A DNA stretch of 15,675 nt, taken from positions 1 to 15,675 of the forward strand of contig JBHLRQ010000077.1 in the NCBI GenBank assembly GCA_048882385.1, in the 5' to 3' direction. Both the position numbers and the translations under genes were made by a program. Positions 1 to 7,517 of this stretch are shown here, piece after piece. The stretch's first letter is position 1, and each line of letters opens with the position of its first letter. Source of the stretch: Candidatus Thorarchaeota archaeon. Its GTDB lineage: Archaea > Asgardarchaeota > Thorarchaeia > Thorarchaeales > Thorarchaeaceae. Below the pieces are notes generated by a model. It did not search any database and was not told the origin of the DNA. It saw nothing but the letters and a program-made list of their open reading frames with translations.

Positions 1-1127
1 GCGATCCCCCATGATAAGAAGAAGGTTGTATTGTAATATGCAAACAGTCGACCTCGATATTCTTTGGGAGCCATTCTCGCAACAATTGAGTAGCTTGATG
101 CGTTAATGATGACTTCTGACGCACCTCTAAGGAAAGATGCTATCAATGCAAGAGTAAAGGAAGGAGCAATGGTTAACCACGCTATTCCGATAATGGAAAA
201 TGCAATACCAGTCATCATCACTCTCCTGTCATCAGCTTTTGCGACCACCGACCCGATTGCTAAGCCAGCTATCATGTTGGCAATACTCTGGATATTACTG
301 TAGATTCCAATGTCTACTCCAGATGCATTGAAACCAGTAGGATCCTGAAGAAAGAGCGCAGTGATGATTGCAATGGAATTTCTTCCAAAATTGATGAAGA
401 CCAAGGCTACAATGAAAATTAGGTATGCGACACGGAGCTGTGAGGGGAGTTCACTTAGCGAGTGCTTTTCTAAGATTTCATTTTCACCAGATTTTTGATC
501 CGTTTCGTGCTTATCTAGACGAATTGTGAAATAGACAATAAGACTTGAGAAGATCATAACAACTGCAGCAATATTGAAGATACTTCCATTGGCAAATCCT
601 CCAGTGTCATAAAGAGATCCGCCCAAAATTGCACCACCAATTCCTCCAAATCCCCCGATAATGGAAAATTGGCCCATAAGCTTTTTTCTCTCATCAATAT
701 CGGTAAGTTCCGACACCAGTGCAGACCAACCAACGTTGGACATGCTCCAGAAAACCTCGATAACACCTAATGAAAAGATAATCACATATCCAGCTACAAT
801 CAACTGATTCAGTCCGAGAAAGAAGATGTAACCAGCAACCATGAAGAAATGCCCAAAACCTGCTAGGAGCTCACCAACTGCTACAAACTCGACCGGTTTT
901 CGATATTTGTCCAATAAGTTTCCCCAGAGAAAAGATTGAGTTGATGCATTTGCGATCATACCGATGGTCGCCATCAGAGTTACCTCAGTTGTTGAGAAAC
1001 CCAATGATCTGAGATAGATTGAAAGAAAAGTGTATACGATTGCTCTTCGAAAATTCGTGAGAATCTGGAATGTGGAGAGTCCCGTGAACTCCTTTCTCTT
1101 AAGACGGGAATAACTGAGAAAACTCAA
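1..1127 (-). CDS. MFS transporter (3' end runs off the left edge of the window)
   Basis: Manual minus-strand translation from TTG at 1127: MSFLSYSRLKRKEFTGLSTFQILTNFRRAIVYTFLSIYLRSLGF...WGNLLDKYRKP (motif A-like). The same frame at the window edge reads YSIVARMAPKEYRGRLFAYYNTTFFLSWGI, a typical MFS TM10-11 loop. Absent from the ORF track because there is no stop in the window. Confidence 0.9.
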   Translation of the reverse strand, partial: MSFLSYSRLKRKEFTGLSTFQILTNFRRAIVYTFLSIYLRSLGFSTTEVTLMATIGMIANASTQSFLWGNLLDKYRKPVEFVAVGELLAGFGHFFMVAGYIFFLGLNQLIVAGYVIIFSLGVIEVFWSMSNVGWSALVSELTDIDERKKLMGQFSIIGGFGGIGGAILGGSLYDTGGFANGSIFNIAAVVMIFSSLIVYFTIRLDKHETDQKSGENEILEKHSLSELPSQLRVAYLIFIVALVFINFGRNSIAIITALFLQDPTGFNASGVDIGIYSNIQSIANMIAGLAIGSVVAKADDRRVMMTGIAFSIIGIAWLTIAPSFTLALIASFLRGASEVIINASSYSIVARMAPKEYRGRLFAYYNTTFFLSWGI

Positions 1128-1180
1128 TGTGAATTCTGAAGAAACCCAGCCTGCTTAAATACCATTTTCTGAGGTTGTCG

Positions 1181-2365
1181 TCATTTCTTGAAGATTCTGA
1201 ATAGGATGAATCCAAACATAGCGATAATCGAAAGAGCCATTGAGTATCGAATCAAAAGGAACTCAAAGGTGTCCTCAAACGGAGCTATCATGATATTGAT
1301 TGCTTCAGTGAGGATTGATGCACCCAAAATGATGTTTAGATAGAGAAAAAGGCGCTCTTGACGTTCCTGGAGCTTTCGGTTCTTCTCCTCGTGTATTGAT
1401 TCGACCGATTCGTGGACATACCTCAATACATTGCTCACGTTGGAGAGTACTTCCTCTATCCGGAAGATTCTGATCAAGTGGTCGTTCAATGCTCGCGCGT
1501 GCGCTCTCATGTTGACCATCTCCTCTCGACGAATCACTGCAACAAGCTGCATGAGAGATCGGTTTGTCTTTTCGAGCTCCGCTTGTTTTTCTTCGATTAT
1601 TGGTATGTCTTCCAATTTGAGGTCAGGAAGTTCCCTGAGGAATCGTTGAATCAAATCCTGCAGTTTCAACATAACGAAGATTACTCCACGAGCTCGAACC
1701 AGAGGCGGATCCATTACTTCTTCGACATAGTTCCAGTACTTCTCATAACCTTCTCCTTCAATATAGACGAACGCACTGTTTCTTGCGTAGAAGTGTAACT
1801 CAGTGGTCCGATTGGAGAGATTGTTTTCGATTCGACGGTTGTATAACTCTTCATTGTAGTCTGGCCATTGACCACTGTATAGATTTAGATAGGGTGCTAA
1901 CGATTTCTTATATTGCTGGATAGTTGGAGTATCCCAATGTTGGGGACCAGGCTCGGTCTTGTCCGATGATAGAACAACATAGAACGGAGAGTCGATGTCA
2001 ACCATTATGCGGCTTTGTTTATTGAGGTCCTCAAAACTTTTCATCAACACTTTACTCAAGCGAATTGAAACATTCTGAATATCTTTGACATCGATGTAGG
2101 AATGACCAAGATCCGTCTGAATCTTTAGGACACCCAACCATGTCATCTCTTCGAGATTCATCTCTGCAATGCGACTCCAACTCACTTCAACTTCAAAAGC
2201 GAGTTTGTCGATTGCAGGATCATCAACCAATGATGGGGCGATTATATCCTCCAAGGTGGAGCATATTGCGCCAAGTTCATCACCTGCTAGTCCTGGTTCC
2301 GCAAGGAAACTGACAAACCATCGAACATGTCTCACATGAATCTGAAGACCTGAATCTTGAGCCAT
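1181..2365 (-). CDS. Hypothetical membrane protein with CorA-like architecture (soluble alpha/beta N-domain, long helical stalk, two C-terminal TM helices)
   Basis: 394-aa ORF. Long amphipathic/coiled helices (aa ~220-340) lead into two hydrophobic segments (LFLYLNIILGASILTEAINIMI; FLLIRYSMALSIIAMFGFILF) and a basic tail RIFKK. No GMN motif. The family call is inferred from topology only. Confidence 0.6.
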   Translation of the reverse strand: MAQDSGLQIHVRHVRWFVSFLAEPGLAGDELGAICSTLEDIIAPSLVDDPAIDKLAFEVEVSWSRIAEMNLEEMTWLGVLKIQTDLGHSYIDVKDIQNVSIRLSKVLMKSFEDLNKQSRIMVDIDSPFYVVLSSDKTEPGPQHWDTPTIQQYKKSLAPYLNLYSGQWPDYNEELYNRRIENNLSNRTTELHFYARNSAFVYIEGEGYEKYWNYVEEVMDPPLVRARGVIFVMLKLQDLIQRFLRELPDLKLEDIPIIEEKQAELEKTNRSLMQLVAVIRREEMVNMRAHARALNDHLIRIFRIEEVLSNVSNVLRYVHESVESIHEEKNRKLQERQERLFLYLNIILGASILTEAINIMIAPFEDTFEFLLIRYSMALSIIAMFGFILFRIFKK

Positions 2366-2524
2366 GAGTTAAACATCCAATAATTATCAGGGACAGAGGA
2401 CTATCAGATGTATCAATCTTGTCCTCGCATGATACGAATATATAGCGAGAACATTGAATTGTTAATCATCACTGCAGAGTTCTTGACGATCTCCGTGGAG
2501 GACGGAAATCTGGGTTGTGTTTAG

Positions 2525-3064
2525 ATGGTCGACTTTGAGGAGTTAAAGAAGAAACACCCACGCAAGGGGAAAATCGCGCAGGGAGTGTGGTTAGTCATAT
2601 TATCAACAATTCTTGCCTACGCAATATTTGCTCCATTTTTGCTTTTTGGCGTTGATGCTCGGATCTTAGTTGACATCTTCACTTTCCCAGCTGACTTCAT
2701 TCCCCCTCCATACAATTGGATTGGTCTTCTTCTTCTACCTCCGGGAATGTTTCTGGTCGTTTGGGCAAACTACATGTTGTTGCACATTGGTAAAATCAGT
2801 TTGAGAAATCGAGAGCCTATGCAGAGACCCTCAACTCTGGTTCAGACAGGTCCATTCAGGTTCACACGAAATCCGATTTACTTGGGAAATCTAATCATGC
2901 TCCTCGGATTGCTTATTGTGTGGAGTAGCATCGTCATTCTAGTTGGACTGATCTTTGTCTACTTCGTGTTTCAGTACTTCATCAAGAGAGAGGAGGTCAT
3001 CTTGGAAGAGGAATTTGGAGAAGAATATAGAGTGTTTAAAATGCAGGTCAGACGGTGGCTATGA
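2525..3064 (+). CDS. Isoprenylcysteine carboxyl methyltransferase / phospholipid methyltransferase (ICMT/PEMT, Ste14-like) family membrane protein
   Basis: Signature LVQTGPFRFTRNPIYLG and C-terminal IKREEVILEEEFGEEYRVFKMQVRRWL; several TM helices. Confidence 0.9.
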   Translation: MVDFEELKKKHPRKGKIAQGVWLVILSTILAYAIFAPFLLFGVDARILVDIFTFPADFIPPPYNWIGLLLLPPGMFLVVWANYMLLHIGKISLRNREPMQRPSTLVQTGPFRFTRNPIYLGNLIMLLGLLIVWSSIVILVGLIFVYFVFQYFIKREEVILEEEFGEEYRVFKMQVRRWL

Positions 3065-3073
3065 GGATCGATC

Positions 3074-3280
3074 TCAAACTGGAAATTCTTTTTCCTCTTC
3101 CCACATCAGATTATACTTCTCTCTCAGTTCAGTCACAAACCTCTTCTGCCAAACATAGATTGCAGCAAAATACTCCGTCGGATTGACTGGACTGGGGACT
3201 TTGAGAAGGACCTTCTCACCATCGATGATGTCAAACGAGTTTGTTGCAACACCTTTTATTTTATTCACAAATAAAGACAT
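3074..3280 (-). CDS. Small hypothetical protein (68 aa)
   Basis: ATG-started ORF that fills the gap, 31 bp downstream of and co-oriented with the methyltransferase. Globular, protein-like composition; no motif recognised. Confidence 0.6.
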   Translation of the reverse strand: MSLFVNKIKGVATNSFDIIDGEKVLLKVPSPVNPTEYFAAIYVWQKRFVTELREKYNLMWEEEKEFPV

Positions 3281-3311
3281 AGAAAATAATCAGGAATGTC
3301 TAAACGAACTA

Positions 3312-3848
3312 TCACATTATGTATAGGAATACATCAAAGACATCATCTGTTTCAGCTGGTGTCCAGCCATCAAAGGGATGCATGTAAGACACAATTCGAG
3401 TTCCTGGTTTCAACTCGCTGGTCAACTTTGTTTTCAGCCGCCTGTTAGTGCCCGTTCGTTGAAAAACGGTCACAACTGTAGCGTCAGATAGATCTTGAGT
3501 GAAGAAGTTCCCTCTGACTACTTGCACTTTGTCTTGCAGGATACTTCGTCTGACCTTCCACCTCGACCATGCAATACGAAGAGGATCAACTTCAATACCG
3601 ATTGCAGCGGCTCCAAACTCTTTTGCAGCCATGATGACGATACGTCCATCGCCAGAACCCAAATCTATGACTGTATCCTCTCGAGAAACTTTGGCAAGTT
3701 CCAACATTTTCCTTACTGTTTCTCGTGGGGTTGGTGTCCATGCGGCACCCTTTACAAGAAAGGGCCATAGAAATGAAAGACCAAGAAAGATGGTGCAAAC
3801 CCAAATGATTAGGAAAACAATTTGAGCTAATAACCAAACATCGACCAA
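3312..3848 (-). CDS. Class I SAM-dependent methyltransferase with N-terminal TM anchor (FAM173/aKMT-like putative protein lysine methyltransferase)
   Basis: GAAWTPTP pre-motif, motif I VIDLGSGDGR, post-I GIEVDP, ELKPGTRIVSY, and an N-terminal hydrophobic helix. Start placed at TTG 3848 (MVDVWLL); the longest ORF starts at 3878. Confidence 0.85.
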   Translation of the reverse strand: MVDVWLLAQIVFLIIWVCTIFLGLSFLWPFLVKGAAWTPTPRETVRKMLELAKVSREDTVIDLGSGDGRIVIMAAKEFGAAAIGIEVDPLRIAWSRWKVRRSILQDKVQVVRGNFFTQDLSDATVVTVFQRTGTNRRLKTKLTSELKPGTRIVSYMHPFDGWTPAETDDVFDVFLYIM

Positions 3849-3982
3849 AGGAATCCCTCTATACGTTTCTCCCTCCAATCTTTTATTTCTAGTAGTTGCA
3901 AGATGAGTTGAGATAAGAAGGTAAGAATCACTCGGTTTTTCTGAGAGAAGCTAACATTACAAAGAGTTCCAGGTCCAGTAAC

Positions 3983-4774
3983 ATGAATAGGGAAGTAGTT
4001 TCACTAGAGCATGCTGAGATTGAGGACGCAGGAGTGCTAACGGACTTATGCAAAAGAGCATTTGATTCTGATTCTGAGTTTGGAGCTCCAGGGCCGGGGG
4101 GTCCCCCGGGGTACGATTCAGTTGAATGGAACTCAAGGATAATCAACAATCGATATCTGCAATACTACAAAATTCTAGATGGACACAAAACTGTTGGTGG
4201 ATTCATTGTTGGGGATAGAGGACCGAATTACCAAGTGTGTGAAAGGATCTGGATTGACCCCGATCATATGAGGAAAGGATTGGGCTCGAGAGCCTTTGGA
4301 TTGATTTGGGATAAATACCCATCAGCGGATCTCTGGGTGCTTGGAACACCAGAGTGGAACACAAGAACTAATCCTTTCTATCAGAGCCTTGGATTTACAA
4401 TGATTGGTAAAACACACGAATACTCGTGGGATGGTATCTATTACGAGAAGAAAATCACTGAAGGATTTCCGAAGGCAATGTCATTAATTGAAGACATCCG
4501 AAACAGCCAACAAAGAGTAATTGTCGAGGGGAGAGTGGAGAAGATTGCAGAACCGCGGACAGTGAAATCTCGAAAAACAGGAGAAGACCTGAAAGTGGCT
4601 GACGTGACACTGTCAGATGATACTGGCTCAATCAAGATGGTCCTATGGAACGATCAAATACCACAGGTCAGACCAGACACTCACATTCGGATTGAGGAAG
4701 GTTATGTGAAGTCATATCGTGAAGAACTTCAGCTCAGCGTAGGACAGTGGGGTATGATTATCACACTGCGTTGA
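3983..4774 (+). CDS. GNAT-family N-acetyltransferase fused to a C-terminal SSB/RPA-type OB-fold domain
   Basis: aa 1-~157 GNAT: GPPGYDS, acetyl-CoA motif A IWIDPDHMRKGLG, motif B N..TNPFYQSLGF. aa 166-263 OB fold: VIVEGRVEKIAEPRTV..., LSDDTGSIKMVLWND, IRIEEGYVKSYREELQLSVG. Confidence 0.9.
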   Translation: MNREVVSLEHAEIEDAGVLTDLCKRAFDSDSEFGAPGPGGPPGYDSVEWNSRIINNRYLQYYKILDGHKTVGGFIVGDRGPNYQVCERIWIDPDHMRKGLGSRAFGLIWDKYPSADLWVLGTPEWNTRTNPFYQSLGFTMIGKTHEYSWDGIYYEKKITEGFPKAMSLIEDIRNSQQRVIVEGRVEKIAEPRTVKSRKTGEDLKVADVTLSDDTGSIKMVLWNDQIPQVRPDTHIRIEEGYVKSYREELQLSVGQWGMIITLR

Positions 4775-4786
4775 TCATTCGTGACA

Positions 4787-5752
4787 TCAAAGACATTCAT
4801 GAGACAGAGTAGAGATTGTTTCCAGCTGCTCTCTAGAGAGCGAAATCCTCATAGCTCCAGCATTCTGCTTAGCCTGATATGTCTTCGAAGCTCCTGGAAT
4901 AGCCACAATTGTTTCGCCATGGTAGTTAGCAGTCCAGTTCAATACAATTTGGGCAATAGTCGCTTGATGTTCACTCGCGATTGCTTCCAGAGCATCAATG
5001 AGTGGCTTTGTCTTCTGGAGCTGTCGTCCTACACGCCACCTTCGAAGTCGGGGCATCGGTTGAAGAAGTTCAGGGTTTCGATGAAGGTGTCCAGTCAATG
5101 ATCCCATGCCAAGCGGAGTGTATGCTATTATCGTGATGCCAAGTTCCTTTGCAGCCTTCAAAACTCCATTGGTTTCAATACTTCTCTTCACCAATGAGAA
5201 ATGCATCTGATTTGCAGCCAGAGGAAGCCCCCGTTCAGCCAAGGCTTCATGAGCCTTGATCATCTTACTCGCTGAGAAATTACTGACACCAACTGCACGG
5301 ATAATGCCTGAATCAACGAGTTTTGCCATTTCATCCATTTGTGTGTTAACAGAAGAGAGGGATTCAGGCCTATGTACAAGGTACAGGTCGATAGGATAGG
5401 GTGAAAGGCGTTCAGTGCTCTTTGTAGCGGATTTGCGCATGGACCTGGCTCTTCTCCCTACTGGCATCCACTTAGTTGATATCAGAACATTGCCAGGAGA
5501 TACCCCAGCAGCTTTCAACCCATGTGCGACTGCTCTCTCTGATTCTCCAGATCCGTAGATTTCAGCAGTGTCAATCCAATTAATTCCACCATCAAGAGCC
5601 GCCTTGATGACCTCATCTTGGATTTTATATGGTACAGCTGCGAGGTAGTACTTGAACGGACCTTTCCCTCCCGAGAACTCCATTGCTCCCAAACCGATGG
5701 GGGTGATTTTAAGATCACTTTTTCCTAAAAGACGTTTAGCGATTTCTGACAT
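4787..5752 (-). CDS. Aldo/keto reductase
   Basis: PIGLGAM, GINWIDTAEIYG (catalytic Asp/Tyr), ISTK (Lys), IDLYLVH (His), VGVSNF, AYTPLG, AIPGA. Start placed at ATG 5752 (MSEIAKR); the ORF track extends to TTG 5812. Confidence 0.95.
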   Translation of the reverse strand: MSEIAKRLLGKSDLKITPIGLGAMEFSGGKGPFKYYLAAVPYKIQDEVIKAALDGGINWIDTAEIYGSGESERAVAHGLKAAGVSPGNVLISTKWMPVGRRARSMRKSATKSTERLSPYPIDLYLVHRPESLSSVNTQMDEMAKLVDSGIIRAVGVSNFSASKMIKAHEALAERGLPLAANQMHFSLVKRSIETNGVLKAAKELGITIIAYTPLGMGSLTGHLHRNPELLQPMPRLRRWRVGRQLQKTKPLIDALEAIASEHQATIAQIVLNWTANYHGETIVAIPGASKTYQAKQNAGAMRISLSREQLETISTLSHECL

Positions 5753-5893
5753 CAGCAATCCCGTTCTCTTTTCAAAAACTGCTTTTAATAGCTCAGATGT
5801 GTCCCCTACCAACTCTTTGTAATCGCAAGCATTCGAACTTTTAAGTCATCAATTAACATCTGAAAACAGTTCGCCTCGAAAGGAGAGGAGAAG

Positions 5894-6661
5894 ATGGGAC
5901 TCGTAAGGTCTAAAGAAGATATCAAGAAACGATACAAACAGTACGAGAACGGTTACCAGCTTCTCGATGTCAGAATGCTATATGCAATGTTCTCGACCAC
6001 AATGGAAACAGTTGAACGTCTACTACCACCACCACTTGAACCAGGAGATACCCTTGTATGTGTTGCGTTCGTCGCGGAGTATCACAGGACCAATTTTATT
6101 CCACCCTATAATGAGGCTGCAGTGTTCATCCCATGTCAATACAAGGGAGAAGCAGGCAGATACTGTGTAGCCATGCCTGTAACTACTGACATTGCAATGA
6201 TAGGGGGGAGAGAAGTCTACGGGTATCCCAAAAAGATTGCTGAAAAGATATTCATTGAACAAGTTGGAAACGAAGTCCATGGGCTTTGTGTACGTCATGG
6301 CGTCCCCATTATCGAAATCAAAGGAACCCTGACTGAGGAGTTGGAAGCAAGAGAAGCCCCAGGACCTAGTTTTGTAATCAAGTCTATGCTTGATGAGAAA
6401 GGTGTTGGAGTAGCTAAGAATCCAATCCTAATCAGAAATGTAAATCCTTCTGAATTTGATAAGATAGAAATTGGAGAAGGAACATTGACTTTTGGCGAAT
6501 CCAAATATGACTACCTTCATGAGATTCACATCGACCAGGTGATGGCTATCATGTTTATGGAAGACGGTACCATCACCATGCCTCCTGGCGAAATAATCGC
6601 AGAAATCGATGCCGAGGAGTATGCCCCCTACCACTTTATCAAATATGACTGGGAAATCTAA
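5894..6661 (+). CDS. Acetoacetate decarboxylase (ADC) family protein
   Basis: ERLLPPPLEP, PYNEAAV, and GGREVYGYPKK containing the Schiff-base Lys motif. Purine-rich RBS (aggagaggag) upstream. Confidence 0.9.
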   Translation: MGLVRSKEDIKKRYKQYENGYQLLDVRMLYAMFSTTMETVERLLPPPLEPGDTLVCVAFVAEYHRTNFIPPYNEAAVFIPCQYKGEAGRYCVAMPVTTDIAMIGGREVYGYPKKIAEKIFIEQVGNEVHGLCVRHGVPIIEIKGTLTEELEAREAPGPSFVIKSMLDEKGVGVAKNPILIRNVNPSEFDKIEIGEGTLTFGESKYDYLHEIHIDQVMAIMFMEDGTITMPPGEIIAEIDAEEYAPYHFIKYDWEI

Positions 6662-6713
6662 TTATCGAAAGAGAGCAAGTAAGAGACGCTCAGGGAAAGT
6701 TATTGTATTCTAA

Positions 6714-7472
6714 CTAATCTGTCATAGTTTCACATTCCTTAAGAAATACTATGGCACCTTTGGGCAATTTAGGTATGTCAGGTCCAGCAGCAGTCAGACT
6801 AATCGACAACACAACAGGTCTTTTTAGAGGTTTCTTCATATTCCTCTTTTTTGGAGATTTCAGATCGTCAAATTTGCCAATAGCTTCATGCATATGGTGA
6901 AACAGAGTGCTCAAGTCTTCAACATCATCCACACGAAAAGAAAGTAACTTCGTAACGACAAGTCGATCATCCTTTGCATCACTACTTGGATTTTGAGCTA
7001 AGTTCAAAATTAATTTAGATGAATATTGGTTAAGCATATTTGGAAGTGTTTCGATGGTATCTACCCAATCAGTAATGATATCTGATTTTCCCATTTCCTG
7101 AGCAAAGTCAGTTAGTTTTGCTACGTCGAATTCCTTTGTTGCCTTAATGAGGTCTTTTGAAATGAAGTAACGCAATCTGTACCGCTTGTCTGATGCAGTT
7201 TTGAGTTCTTCCTTATCAAGTATATGAGCATCGTGAAGGAGTGCTAAGTTTCTAAACATTGTTGCCTTACTGAGTCCTGTTATCTCTCTTAGCTTTGCTG
7301 GTGTTGTACTACCAAAGAGTAGGAGATAAGAGTAGATGAGAAGACAAGAGTCTAAACGAATGATCTTATTGAGTCGCTTCATCCTTTCAAGTTGTTTTTG
7401 CTCATCTAACTGAATCTTACTCTTTTGCGGAATTGTATGAACCTCCTTTAGTTCCCGACCTATCTCTCGCAT
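6714..7472 (-). CDS. Winged helix-turn-helix transcriptional regulator (ArsR/TrmB-like N-domain plus uncharacterised C-domain); true start may lie downstream of 7472
   Basis: IYSYLLLFGSTTPAKLREITGLSKATMFRNLALLHDAHIL...RYRLRYFIS is an HTH plus wing pattern. Confidence 0.85.
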   Translation of the reverse strand: MREIGRELKEVHTIPQKSKIQLDEQKQLERMKRLNKIIRLDSCLLIYSYLLLFGSTTPAKLREITGLSKATMFRNLALLHDAHILDKEELKTASDKRYRLRYFISKDLIKATKEFDVAKLTDFAQEMGKSDIITDWVDTIETLPNMLNQYSSKLILNLAQNPSSDAKDDRLVVTKLLSFRVDDVEDLSTLFHHMHEAIGKFDDLKSPKKRNMKKPLKRPVVLSISLTAAGPDIPKLPKGAIVFLKECETMTD

Positions 7473-7478
7473 GAGCCA
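7461..7478. promoter_or_regulatory. Putative operator copy 3 (TATCTCTC-GC-ATGAGCCA) next to a TATA-like TTTAAA (7480-7485) at the start of the wHTH gene
   Basis: 16/18 identical to the reverse complement of the operator at 8427-8444. Confidence 0.65.
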
Positions 7479-7510
7479 CTTTAAAGAATTAACTGTCCTC
7501 TAAAGTGGCT
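7474..7510. other. Perfect 10-bp inverted repeat (agccacttta N17 taaagtggct) between the protease and regulator genes; possible RNA hairpin or terminator
   Basis: 7474-7483 is the exact reverse complement of 7501-7510. Confidence 0.55.
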
Positions 7511-7517
7511 TTGAAGA

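Noticed and set aside
106-766. ORF-track entries 106..303 (+) and 554..766 (-)
   Set aside because: They are antisense or alternate-frame shadows of the MFS gene occupying 1-1127.
1412-1798. 128-aa and 72-aa plus-strand ORFs
   Set aside because: Antisense to the 394-aa gene, with no recognisable motifs.
2419-2436. ttgtcctcgcatgatacg, resembling the protease operator core
   Set aside because: Only ~11/18 match and poor dyad symmetry, so likely chance.
4081-4109. GC-rich palindromes tggagctcca and ccggggg-gt-cccccgg inside the GNAT gene
   Set aside because: Explained by Gly/Pro codons of the GAPGPGGPPG peptide; no independent evidence of function.
4781-5101. 106-aa plus-strand ORF after GNAT-OB
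   Set aside because: Fully antisense to the well-supported aldo/keto reductase.
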